From: Pseudomonadales bacterium | GTDB lineage: Bacteria; Pseudomonadota; Gammaproteobacteria; Pseudomonadales; Azotimanducaceae | Direction: 5' to 3' | Length of the DNA stretch: 44,075 nucleotides | Assembly: GCA_035686405.1 (NCBI GenBank) | Contig: DASRZO010000241.1 | Location: 1 to 44,075 of the forward strand | In this document: positions 33,149-41,873 of the stretch, piece after piece | How the letters are laid out: each line of letters begins with the position of its first letter | Numbering within the stretch: the first letter of the stretch is position 1 | Translations under genes and position numbers: made by a program | Notes under the pieces: generated by a model | What the model saw: only the letters and a program-made list of their open reading frames with translations | Told to the model about the DNA's origin: nothing | The model's database searches: none

Positions 33149-34535
33149 GCGTCGGACCGACGTCGAGGAGACCATCGTCGTCGAAGCCGCGTCGGTCGAA
33201 GCGCTCGGCTATCGGCAGGAGCTCAAGCGTTCGCTGAGCCTCGGGGATCTGCTGGTCTACGGGTTGATCTTCATCGTCCCCGGCGCACCGATTTCGGTGT
33301 TCGGCATCGTCTTCAACGCGAGCGCCGGCATGGTGCCCCTCGTCTATCTCGTTGGGATGGTCGCCATGCTGTTCACCGCCGCGAGCTACGTGACGATGTC
33401 GCGCGTCTATCCGGTCGCCGGATCCGTCTACGCGTACTCGGGCCGCGCGATCGGCCCGACGGTCGGGTTCCTCACCGGCTGGATCATGTTGCTCGACTAC
33501 CTGTTGCTGCCGACGCTGATCTACATCCTGAGCGCCGTCGCGGTGCACGCGGTCGTGCCGGACGTACCGAAGATCGCGTGGATCGTCGGCTTCGTCGTCG
33601 TCAACACGGTGCTGAGTCTGCGCGGCATCGAAACCACCGCGCGCACCAGCCTGTGGCTACTGGTCTTTCAGCTCGCCGGACTCGTCGCGTTTCTGGTCAT
33701 GGCGACGATCGGCCTGCTGCACGGCACCGCGGGCGCGCATTGGTCGTTCAAACCGCTCTTCAATCCGGAGGTCGCGACGCCGAGCCTGATCTTCGGCGCG
33801 TTGTCGCTCGCAGTGCTGAGCTTCCTCGGTTTCGATGCGATTTCGACGTTGTCGGAAGAGGCGAAGGGCGGGGCGCGCGCGATCGGCCGCGCCACGTATC
33901 TGTCGTTGCTGTTGACCGCCGGCATCTTCGTCGTCTTGACGTACGCGGCGTCGCTGTTCGTGCTCGACCAAACGCGCTTCCCGCACGGCGATCGCACCGA
34001 GGCCGCCTTCTACGACATCGCGCTCGTCGTCGGCGGCGCATGGCTCAAGTGGGTGCTGACCGTGCCGGGTGTGCTGTTCGCCGGGCTGCCGGGTGCGCTC
34101 GCGGCACAGGTGGCGACGAGTCGCTTGCTCTTCAGCATGGCGCGCGACGGACGTTTGCCGCGCGGTCTCGCGCACGTGAGCGACACGCACCACGTGCCGG
34201 ATCGCGCGGCGCTTTTGGTGTCGGCGGTGACGCTCGTGCTCGGCGTCGCAATGTCGGGTGAACTCGAAGTGCTCACCTCGATGGTGAACTTCGGCGCGCT
34301 GTCCGGATTTCTCTTGCTGCACGTCTCGGTGATCGCGCACGCGGCGAAATCCGCGGCGACTGGGCGCGCCCGTTGGCTGCCGATCGTATCGGCGACGATC
34401 GGCTTCGGCGTGATCGCCTACGTGATGCTGAATTTGAACGCGACTGCAAAACTCGTCGGCGGCGCCTGGCTCGTCATCGGGATGGCGTCACTGCTGGTGC
34501 GGTCGTCGCGCGCAGCAGCAAGTAGCCCGCGATAG
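33141..34535 (+). CDS. APC-superfamily amino acid/polyamine permease
   Basis: About 12 TM segments. The N-terminus LKRSLSLGDLLVYGLIFIVPGAPISVFG is typical of APC permeases. GTG 33141 overlaps the MFS stop (GTGCCTGA); the alternative start is ATG 33093. Confidence 0.85.
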   Translation: MPERRTDVEETIVVEAASVEALGYRQELKRSLSLGDLLVYGLIFIVPGAPISVFGIVFNASAGMVPLVYLVGMVAMLFTAASYVTMSRVYPVAGSVYAYSGRAIGPTVGFLTGWIMLLDYLLLPTLIYILSAVAVHAVVPDVPKIAWIVGFVVVNTVLSLRGIETTARTSLWLLVFQLAGLVAFLVMATIGLLHGTAGAHWSFKPLFNPEVATPSLIFGALSLAVLSFLGFDAISTLSEEAKGGARAIGRATYLSLLLTAGIFVVLTYAASLFVLDQTRFPHGDRTEAAFYDIALVVGGAWLKWVLTVPGVLFAGLPGALAAQVATSRLLFSMARDGRLPRGLAHVSDTHHVPDRAALLVSAVTLVLGVAMSGELEVLTSMVNFGALSGFLLLHVSVIAHAAKSAATGRARWLPIVSATIGFGVIAYVMLNLNATAKLVGGAWLVIGMASLLVRSSRAAASSPR

Positions 34536-35664
34536 CGGACAGCACCGACGCGCCGAGCACCGCGGCGCGCAACGGCGCGCCGTAGTCGACGGGCGAGTGT
34601 TCGAACGCGAGACCGCCGACGAAGAGGCTCATCGTGAAGCCGATGCCGGTCAGTATCGACACGCCGTACAGCGCTCCCCACGACGCACCGCGCGGCAACT
34701 CGGCGAGCTTCAGTTTGATCAGCAGCAAGCACGTCGCGAACACGCCGAGTTGCTTACCGACGAATAGGCCGAGCGCGATGCCGCTCGCGACGCCGCCGGT
34801 CAATTCGCGCAGCGTCATGCCGGCGAACGACACGCCGGCGTTCGCGAACGCGAAGATCGGCAAGATCAGGAACGCGACCCACGGATGCAGGATGTGCTCG
34901 AGATGGCGCAGCGGCGAGCCGTCGTACTCGGGACCGGAATTCTTCAGCGGAATCGTCAGCGCAACGACGAAGCCCGCGAGCGTCGCATGTACGCCGCTCT
35001 TCAACACGCATACCCAAACGACGATGCCGACCAATACGTACGCCGCGATGCGCACGACGCCGAACACGTTGAACGCGATCAAGACGGCAAGGCCGACCGC
35101 CGCGATCGCGAGCGATACGTACGACAGATCCGTCGCGTAGAAGAGCGCGATCACGACGATGGCCGCGATGTCGTCGAAGATCGCGAGCGACGTCAGGAAC
35201 ACCTTCAACGACAGCGGCACGCGATTGCCGAGCATCGACAACACACCGAGCGCGAATGCGATGTCGGTCGCGGCCGGAATCGCCCACCCGCGCAGCGCGA
35301 CCGGGTCGTTCCAATTGAGCGCGGCGTAGATCGCAGCGGGTGCGGCGAAACCGCCGAGCGCGGCGCAGCCGGGTAAAACGATCTGCGCGACGTTGCGCAA
35401 CTCGCCTTCGAGCATCTCGCGCTTCACTTCGAGCCCGATCAGGAAGAAGAACACCGCCATCAAGCCGTCGTTGATCCACAGCAGCAGCGGTTTCGAAATG
35501 CCGAACGAACCGATCGCGATCGACAGCTTCACGCCGATCGCCGCGTCGTACAGCGACGCCAGCGGCGAGTTCGCGATCGCGAGTGCGACGACGGCGGCCG
35601 CGACCAACACGATTCCGCTCGCCGATTCGAGCTCGAGAAATTCGCTCGCAGATTTGATTCGCAT
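34474..35664 (-). CDS. nhaA: Na+/H+ antiporter NhaA
   Basis: FLELESASGIVLV..., WINDGLMAVFFFLIGLEVKRE and the AIFDDIAAI (DD) motif. ATG 35664 is in frame within the over-long ORF 34474..36429. Confidence 0.9.
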   Translation of the reverse strand: MRIKSASEFLELESASGIVLVAAAVVALAIANSPLASLYDAAIGVKLSIAIGSFGISKPLLLWINDGLMAVFFFLIGLEVKREMLEGELRNVAQIVLPGCAALGGFAAPAAIYAALNWNDPVALRGWAIPAATDIAFALGVLSMLGNRVPLSLKVFLTSLAIFDDIAAIVVIALFYATDLSYVSLAIAAVGLAVLIAFNVFGVVRIAAYVLVGIVVWVCVLKSGVHATLAGFVVALTIPLKNSGPEYDGSPLRHLEHILHPWVAFLILPIFAFANAGVSFAGMTLRELTGGVASGIALGLFVGKQLGVFATCLLLIKLKLAELPRGASWGALYGVSILTGIGFTMSLFVGGLAFEHSPVDYGAPLRAAVLGASVLSAIAGYLLLRATTAPAVTPSR

Positions 35665-35817
35665 CGAGTCATCCGCGCCAAACGACGACGCATTGAACGG
35701 GCTTCGTCCATTCGCCGCAAGCGCGACGGCGGCGGCTGACGCGTGCATGCGGTCGCGGCTGATACCGACGCGGCGCCCGGCGCGCGACGCTGCGACCGTC
35801 GTGCTGCGGAGCGTCCA

Positions 35818-36333
35818 ATGCGTTGGGTGGGGTTCGTCGTGTGCTGCTTCGCAGCCTGCACAGGGAATGCGGCGGAGATCTATCGCTGCAGCGGTGCCGG
35901 CGGCGAGGTGTTGTTCACCGACGTCGCGTGCCCGACCGGACGTCCGCAGACGACGCAGCCGATCAATTCGGTCGACTTGGCGCTGCCGGACATGGCGCCG
36001 TCGCACCGCGGCGCCGATGCCGCGAATCCGCGCAACCCGCTTCCGCAAGGGAAGCACGCACGCGGTAGCAAGTGGCGCGAAGCGCAGGCGCGGGCCGACG
36101 AAGCGGCTGCGCCGCAAGCACGGGTGCGTGCGAAGGGGTCGCGCGAGCGCGATGTACGCGGGTCGCCGGCGAACTCGATCGAGACCGCCGAACGCCGCTG
36201 CGCAGCGGCGCGCGATCGGCTCGATGCGGTGCACGCGACGATGCGGCGCGGTTACAGCGCAGCGAGCGCGGGCCGAATGCAGACGCGTCTGCAGGACGCT
36301 CGCGCGCGCGTCGATCGCGATTGCGCGCGCTGA
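35818..36333 (+). CDS. DUF4124-like secreted protein
   Basis: Signal-like N-terminus MRWVGFVVCCFAACTGNA, then IYRCSGAGGEVLFTDVACP (the DUF4124 pattern), then an Arg/Ala-rich tail. Confidence 0.5.
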   Translation: MRWVGFVVCCFAACTGNAAEIYRCSGAGGEVLFTDVACPTGRPQTTQPINSVDLALPDMAPSHRGADAANPRNPLPQGKHARGSKWREAQARADEAAAPQARVRAKGSRERDVRGSPANSIETAERRCAAARDRLDAVHATMRRGYSAASAGRMQTRLQDARARVDRDCAR

Positions 36334-36346
36334 CGAGTCGGTGACG

Positions 36347-36368
36347 GCGCACGGCAGCGAACGTGCGC
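36347..36368 (+). terminator. Weak stem-loop after the DUF4124 gene
   Basis: GCGCACG / CGTGCGC form a 7-bp stem with an 8-nt loop. A TTTT run begins 7 nt downstream. Confidence 0.25.
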
Positions 36369-36489
36369 TGCGCGATTTTCGTTTCGACGTCGGCGTCCGC
36401 GGCGTCGGAGTTGGCGAATCCGCTGCCATCGACGCGCGATCGACGCGCGTTCGACACTGGCGTCGTCGAACTCGACGTCCGGCGTTCGT

Positions 36490-36518
36490 TTGCAGGGCGC
36501 CCGGACGCGCAGTAGATT
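36490..36518 (+). promoter_or_regulatory. Candidate sigma-70 promoter upstream of the ACAD-synthetase cluster
   Basis: TTGCAG-N17-TAGATT, about 70 nt upstream of ATG 36588. Confidence 0.25.
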
Positions 36519-36587
36519 CTGCCCCCCTGTCCTATTCATTTGCGAAAAGCCTAGATCATTCAGAGAGCAACGAGGGGAGCTGAGCCG

Positions 36588-37844
36588 ATGGCCATGAACG
36601 TCAAACCGGTGCCGACGCTGGACGACGAAATCAACGAGATTCGTCTGGCGACCGCCGAGATCGTCAACAAGGAAATCCTGCCGGCCGAAGCGAAGCTGTG
36701 GGGCTGGATGTCCGACAGCGCGAACGCGCCGAACGAGGCCGCGAAAGAAGCGCGCGAAATCCGCAATCACATTCAGAACACGGTGAAGAAGGCGAAGCTG
36801 TGGGCGCCGCACTTGCCGCGCGAGTTCGGCGGCATGGGCCTCACGTTCATGCAGCACGCGTACATGAACGAGGTACTGTCGTACAGCCCGGGCGCCGCGG
36901 CGCTCTTCGGCGTCGTCGCGCCGAACTCGGGTAACCAGAGCATCCTCGTCAAATACGGCACGCCGCAGCAGCACGAGAAGTGGCTGAAGCCGTTGACCGA
37001 AGGCCGCATGCAATCCGGCTTCTCGATGACCGAGCCGCACAACCCGGGCTCCGACCCGCGCTCGCTGACGACGCGCGCGGTGCTCGACGGCGACGAGTGG
37101 GTCATCAACGGCCACAAGTGGTTCACGTCGAACGGTCACGCGGCGGATTTCTACATCGTGATGTGCCGTACGTCGGATCCGAACGACACGTCCGGGCGCA
37201 ACGACAAGATGACGCAGATCATCGTGCCGAAGAACACGAAGGGCGTGAACATCGTGCGCGGGGTGCCGGTGTGGGGCCGCGCGTCGAGCCACTGCGAAAT
37301 CATCTACGACAACGTGCGCGTGCCGAAGGAAAACCAACTCGGCCGCACGGGCACCGGTCACCAAGCCGCGCAAGACCGCCTCGGTGCCGGCCGCGTGTAC
37401 CACTGCATGAACTCGATCGGTTCGATGTGGCGCGCGTTCGACTTGATGGTCGAGCGCGCGATGACGCGCGAAGTGCACGGCGGCGAGAAGCTCGAGGACA
37501 AGCAGTTCATCCAGGGCTTCATCTCGGATTCGTACATCGATATCCAAGCGGCACGGCTGATGACGATTCACTGCGCCGAGAAGATGGAGAGCGGCGCCGA
37601 CCCGCGCACCGACATCTCGGCGATCAAGATCTTCGTGCCGGAGATGTATCACCGCGTCGTCGACCGCGCGATCCAAGTGTGGGGTGCGGCCGGCGTGTCG
37701 GGCGATTTGCCGCTCGCGAACATGTATCTCGGTGCGCGGACGCTCAGAATTGCCGACGGCCCGGATGAGGTGCACAAGATCCTCATCGCGAAGAACATCT
37801 TGCGGCGCTACCACAGCGGCGAGAAGTGGGACTTCGGCAACTGA
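36588..37844 (+). CDS. Acyl-CoA dehydrogenase family protein (ACAD10/11 C-terminal-domain type)
   Basis: 418-aa paralog of 17746..18981 (GFSMTEPHNPGSDP, NGHKWFTSN, RIADGPDEVHKILIAKN). GGGGAG RBS 8 nt upstream. Confidence 0.88.
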   Translation: MAMNVKPVPTLDDEINEIRLATAEIVNKEILPAEAKLWGWMSDSANAPNEAAKEAREIRNHIQNTVKKAKLWAPHLPREFGGMGLTFMQHAYMNEVLSYSPGAAALFGVVAPNSGNQSILVKYGTPQQHEKWLKPLTEGRMQSGFSMTEPHNPGSDPRSLTTRAVLDGDEWVINGHKWFTSNGHAADFYIVMCRTSDPNDTSGRNDKMTQIIVPKNTKGVNIVRGVPVWGRASSHCEIIYDNVRVPKENQLGRTGTGHQAAQDRLGAGRVYHCMNSIGSMWRAFDLMVERAMTREVHGGEKLEDKQFIQGFISDSYIDIQAARLMTIHCAEKMESGADPRTDISAIKIFVPEMYHRVVDRAIQVWGAAGVSGDLPLANMYLGARTLRIADGPDEVHKILIAKNILRRYHSGEKWDFGN

Positions 37845-37930
37845 CGCCGCGATCCAACGTGGTCATCGGGCCGCGCCGGCGACGGTGCGGCCCGACTGTT
37901 TGAGGCTCGTCTGTTCTCGAGGGAGGCGTC

Positions 37931-39652
37931 ATGACGGTCACGATTGCCGAAGCGCACGCCGCGCTGACTGCGCCGGGCGCGCCGTTCGAGATGGAGGAGG
38001 CCGTGATCCGCGGCCTCCGCTATCGCGTTTGGAAGAACACGCCGAAAGATCTGCGCGTCGTGTTCGAAGAAATGCGCGCACACGGCGACAAGGACTACAT
38101 CGTCTACGAAGACGACCGGCTGACGTATGCCGGCGCGATCCGCGCGTCGGCGACGCTCGCGCATCTGCTGCGCGACAAGTACGGCGTGAAGAAAGGCGAC
38201 CGCGTCGCGATCGCGATGCGCAACTTCCCGGAATGGGCGATCGCGTTTTGGGGCATCGCGACGATCGGCGCCGTCGTCGTGCCGCTCAACGCGTGGTCGT
38301 CGGCCGAGGAACTGCAATACGGCCTCGAAGACTCCGGTAGCCGCGTCGTCTTCGCCGACGAAGAGCGCGCGCACAGGATGGCGAACGTGTTGCTGCGCCT
38401 CGACCTCGACGCGTGCATCGTCGCGCGCGCGAAGGGTGCGTTGCCGGACACCTGCACGCGCATGGAAGACCTGCTCGGCCCGATCGCCGATTACCCGAAT
38501 TTGCCGCAGGCGACGTCGCCCGCGGTCGATTTGGACCCGGACGACGATGCGACGTTGTTCTACACGTCCGGCACGACGGGGCGGCCGAAGGGCGCGCTCG
38601 GCACGCACCGCAACGTCTGCACGAATTTGATCTCGCTCGGCTTCGGCGCGGCGCGCGCGACGTTGCGGCAAGGCCTGCCGTTGCCGACGCCGGATCCGAA
38701 CGCCCCTCAACGCGCCAGTTTGCTGTCGGTGCCGTTCTTCCACGTGACCGGGTGTCATTCGACGCTGCTGCCGGCGTCGCGCGCGGGCAGCAAGCTCGTG
38801 TTGATGTATCGCTGGGATGCCGGCGAGGCGCTCAAGTTGATCGAGCGCGAACGCATCAACGGCATCGGCGGCGTGCCGACGATGATGTGGCAGCTGATTC
38901 AGCATCCCGATTTCCACAAGACGGATCTGTCGACGATCGAGAGCATCGGTTACGGCGGCGCAGCGGCGGCGCCGGAGTTGGTCGAGCGTCTCAAGCAGGA
39001 ATTCCCGCAGATCGCCGGGCCGGGGCAGGGCTACGGCATGACCGAGACGTCGTCGATCGTCACGTCGAACAGCGGCATCGACTACGTGCGCAAGCCGATG
39101 AGCTGCGGGCCGGCGGTGCCGATCTGCGACATCCGCGTCGTCGACGCCGACGGCCGCGACGTGAAGCAGGGCGCGATCGGCGAGCTGTGGGTGAAAGGTC
39201 CGAACATCATCAAGGAATACTTGAACCGGCCCGAAGCGACGGCCGAGTCGATCACCGACGGCTACATGCACACCGGCGACCTCGTCACCGTCGACGACGA
39301 AGGGTTCATCACGATCGTCGATCGCGCGAAGGACATGCTGATCCGCGGCGGCGAGAACATCTACTGCGTCGAAGTCGAAGCGGCGTTGTACACGCACCCC
39401 GACGTGTTCGAGGCCGCGGTCGTCGCGGTGCCGCACAAGGAGCTCGGCGAAGAGGTCGGCGCGGTGGTGCGATTGAAGCCCGGCGCGAGCGTGGGCATCG
39501 AAGAATTGCGGCTGCACGTGCGCGAGCATTTGGCGGCGTACAAGGTGCCGAAATACATCGAGTTCACGTCGAACGAACTGCCGAAGAACGCCAACGGCAA
39601 AGTGCTGAAGCAGGAGCTGCGCGCGGTGATGCGCAGGTACGCGACGTCGTGA
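37931..39652 (+). CDS. Acyl-CoA synthetase (AMP-binding, class I adenylate-forming)
   Basis: YTSGTTGRPKGA, GYGMTE, HTGD and the terminal lysine region PKNANGKVLK. Confidence 0.88.
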   Translation: MTVTIAEAHAALTAPGAPFEMEEAVIRGLRYRVWKNTPKDLRVVFEEMRAHGDKDYIVYEDDRLTYAGAIRASATLAHLLRDKYGVKKGDRVAIAMRNFPEWAIAFWGIATIGAVVVPLNAWSSAEELQYGLEDSGSRVVFADEERAHRMANVLLRLDLDACIVARAKGALPDTCTRMEDLLGPIADYPNLPQATSPAVDLDPDDDATLFYTSGTTGRPKGALGTHRNVCTNLISLGFGAARATLRQGLPLPTPDPNAPQRASLLSVPFFHVTGCHSTLLPASRAGSKLVLMYRWDAGEALKLIERERINGIGGVPTMMWQLIQHPDFHKTDLSTIESIGYGGAAAAPELVERLKQEFPQIAGPGQGYGMTETSSIVTSNSGIDYVRKPMSCGPAVPICDIRVVDADGRDVKQGAIGELWVKGPNIIKEYLNRPEATAESITDGYMHTGDLVTVDDEGFITIVDRAKDMLIRGGENIYCVEVEAALYTHPDVFEAAVVAVPHKELGEEVGAVVRLKPGASVGIEELRLHVREHLAAYKVPKYIEFTSNELPKNANGKVLKQELRAVMRRYATS

Positions 39653-39696
39653 GCGCGGGCGCGCCGAACGCAAAGGACTCACCCGAGGAACCCGGT

Positions 39697-40563
39697 ATGC
39701 CCAACGGAAACGAGAAGGTGCGTCGCACCCGTCGCGTGACGGCGCGGTATGCGGCCGCCGCGGCTACGGCGATCTTCGCTTCGGCGCTATGCGTCGCGCC
39801 GGTTCGCGCCGCGACGGAACTCGAGACGGCGATCGCGAACGCGTTGTTGCACTCGACCGCGTTCCCCGACGTACCGAAGGACGTCGACGTCGACGCCGCC
39901 TACCAGATCCAAGCGAACGCGGTCGCCGCGTCGTTCGGAGGCCAGATCGCGGGCTACAAGGCCGCGCTGACGAATCGCGCGATGCAACGTCGTTTCGACG
40001 CGGACCAACCCATCGTCGGCGTGTTGCCCGAGTCCGGGCGGCTCGCGTCGGACGCGGTCATCCGCGCGGTGCCGGGCCTCAAGATCGAAGTCGAGATCGG
40101 TTTCCTGGTCGGCGCGGACGGCGCGCCGGCGACCATGTTCGCGGCGATCGAACTGCCGCGGCTCGACTATCCGAACATGAAGGAAGTGACGCTCGCCGAC
40201 GTGATCGCGACCGATGCGTCGGCGTATCGATTCATCGTCGGGCCGAGTTCGGTCCCCGATCCGAACGTGCGCCAAACCGAAGTGTCGCTCGAGAAGGACG
40301 GCGCACAGGTGTTCGCGGCATTCGCGAGCGATGCGATGGACGATCCGGGTCGGTCATACGATTGGACGCTCGACGCGGCGCGCAACCACGGCTATCCGGT
40401 CCGCCGCGGCATGGTCGTGCTGACGGGCGCACTCGGTCGCGTGGTCGACGGCGTCCCGGGAACGTACGTGGCGCACTACGGCGCACTCGGCGACGTCCGC
40501 TTCAAGATCGAGGCCGCGGATGCGGCGGCGCCTGCACCGGCCCTTTCTGTGCCGGCCGAATAG
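39697..40563 (+). CDS. 2-keto-4-pentenoate hydratase/4-oxalocrotonate decarboxylase (MhpD/XylI) family protein with a signal-peptide-like N-terminus
   Basis: By eye it aligns with E. coli MhpD: AAYQIQ, GYKAALT, QPIVGVL, IEVEIGF, TDAS, VVLTGALG. The first 39 residues (...RRTRRVTARYAAAAATAIFASALCVAPVRA) look like a Sec/Tat leader. ATG 39697 is in frame within ORF 38413..40563. Confidence 0.7.
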   Translation: MPNGNEKVRRTRRVTARYAAAAATAIFASALCVAPVRAATELETAIANALLHSTAFPDVPKDVDVDAAYQIQANAVAASFGGQIAGYKAALTNRAMQRRFDADQPIVGVLPESGRLASDAVIRAVPGLKIEVEIGFLVGADGAPATMFAAIELPRLDYPNMKEVTLADVIATDASAYRFIVGPSSVPDPNVRQTEVSLEKDGAQVFAAFASDAMDDPGRSYDWTLDAARNHGYPVRRGMVVLTGALGRVVDGVPGTYVAHYGALGDVRFKIEAADAAAPAPALSVPAE

Positions 40564-40853
40564 CGTCCGACGCGTCGTGACCGACGCGCCGCCGACGCGG
40601 GAACTCGAGGTCAGCGACTTTGCGCCGGGCGGCCCGGTCGAGTACCTGGCCCGCGAGCGCGTCGAACAGATCGGCAAATCGTTCGCGTTCCTGTCGGCAT
40701 CGCCGTGCGACGCGTCGAATACGCTGATCGCGGAGGGGGCGTCCACGGCGAAGCCCGTGCCGTACCGCGACCTGGGCCGACCCTGGTTCCGGGCGACGAG
40801 CCGTCCGGCTCGACGTTCGGCGGAGTTCTGCACGGTGCTGCGCGGCGGTTACA

Positions 40854-41810
40854 ATGCCCGCCATGACCGCACTCGAAAAACCGACCGACTTCTTCACGCG
40901 CGCCGAGATCGTTGCGTTGCGGCAGCTGTCACCGTGGCGGTCGACGTGGATGATCGTGCATTGCTGGAGCGTCATTCTCGCGACGTGGGCGGCGGCCGTG
41001 GTGTGGCCATACCCGTGGGTGATCGTGCCGGCAATCGTGATCATCGGGGCGCGCCAGCTCGGCCTCGGGATCATTTCGCACGACGGCGCGCACTTCCTGC
41101 TGTACAAGAACCGGCGGCTGAACGACTGGGTATGCGAATGGCTGTTGAACCGGCCGCTGCTCGGTGCGTCGGTGATCCCGTATCGCACGTATCACCTGAA
41201 CCACCATCGGTTTACCCAACAACCCAACGATCCGGATCTGCCGCTGTCGGCACCGTTCCCGATCACGCGTTCGAGCTTCCGCCGTAAAGCGCTGCGCGAC
41301 CTGAGCGGGCAGACCGGGCTCAAGCAGAAGTCGCAGACCATTCGCGGCGCGTTCGGCAAGGCGTCCGAGCCGCTGACGGTTCGGCTGAAGCGCGGCGCGC
41401 GGCGGTTGGGGCCGAACCTCGCGATCAACGCAGTGTTCTTCGGCGGCTTCGTCGCGGTCGGTCACCCGTGGCTGTACGTGCTGTTGTGGATCGTGCCGGA
41501 CCTGACGTGGCACATGTTCATCTCGCGCGTGCGCAACATCGGTGAACACGGTGCGGTGCCCGACAACGACGACCGGCTGCGCAACACCCGCACAGTGCAC
41601 GCCAATTGGCTCGAACGCGCGTTGATCGCGCCGTATTTCGTGAACTACCACCTCGAACACCATCTGCTGGTGTCGTGTCCCGCGTATCGCCTGCCGCGCG
41701 CCCACGCACTGTTGATCCGCAAGGGTTTCGGTCCGCGGATGGAGACCAAACCGAGCTATCCGGCGATGCTCGCGCACGCCGTCTCGAAGCCCGAGCCGCT
41801 CGCCGCCTGA
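40854..41810 (+). CDS. Membrane fatty-acid desaturase family protein
   Basis: Three His boxes: HDGAH, HLNHH and HLEHH. TM segments flank box 1. Alternative start at ATG 40863. Confidence 0.85.
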   Translation: MPAMTALEKPTDFFTRAEIVALRQLSPWRSTWMIVHCWSVILATWAAAVVWPYPWVIVPAIVIIGARQLGLGIISHDGAHFLLYKNRRLNDWVCEWLLNRPLLGASVIPYRTYHLNHHRFTQQPNDPDLPLSAPFPITRSSFRRKALRDLSGQTGLKQKSQTIRGAFGKASEPLTVRLKRGARRLGPNLAINAVFFGGFVAVGHPWLYVLLWIVPDLTWHMFISRVRNIGEHGAVPDNDDRLRNTRTVHANWLERALIAPYFVNYHLEHHLLVSCPAYRLPRAHALLIRKGFGPRMETKPSYPAMLAHAVSKPEPLAA

Positions 41811-41813
41811 TCC

Positions 41814-41834
41814 CGCCGCGCCGTTTCCGCGGCG
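41814..41834 (+). terminator. Weak stem-loop after the desaturase gene
   Basis: CGCCGCG / CGCGGCG form a 7-bp stem with a 7-nt loop, followed by TTT. Confidence 0.3.
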
Positions 41835-41873
41835 TTTCCTATACTGAAACGTCCGGCTACGGCGCGTTGCCAC

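Noticed and set aside
30869-33175. A 768-aa minus-strand ORF opposite the MFS transporter. Similar cases are 41901..43844 (647 aa, opposite the histidine kinase), 37808..39682 (624 aa, opposite the acyl-CoA synthetase), 23813..25498 (561 aa, opposite yegD), 36252..37814, 8092..9636, 14005..15249 and 15265..16515
   Set aside because: All are Arg-rich shadow ORFs antisense to genes with clear family signatures. None has an RBS, motifs or sensible composition.
36428-36471. Tandem 11-bp repeat ATCGACGCGCG x2 (36428-36449) and inverted repeat GTTCGAC-N9-GTCGAAC (36449-36471) upstream of the second ACAD gene
   Set aside because: The whole spacer is rich in CGAC/GTCG words, so short repeats and 7-bp inverted repeats arise easily. 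There is no adjacent regulator and no positional relation to a promoter. It could be an operator, but I cannot distinguish that from low-complexity sequence.
40577-40853. A coding-like GC3 bias in the 290-bp gap upstream of the desaturase (frame starting at GTG 40577: VTDAPPTRELEVSDFAPGGPVEYLARERVEQIGKSFAFLSASPCD...)
   Set aside because: The frame has no stop until 41287, deep inside the desaturase gene. The GC3 signal fades after about 65 codons, and I see no RBS or recognisable domain. It may be a gene remnant or a leader region, but the evidence is too thin for a feature call.
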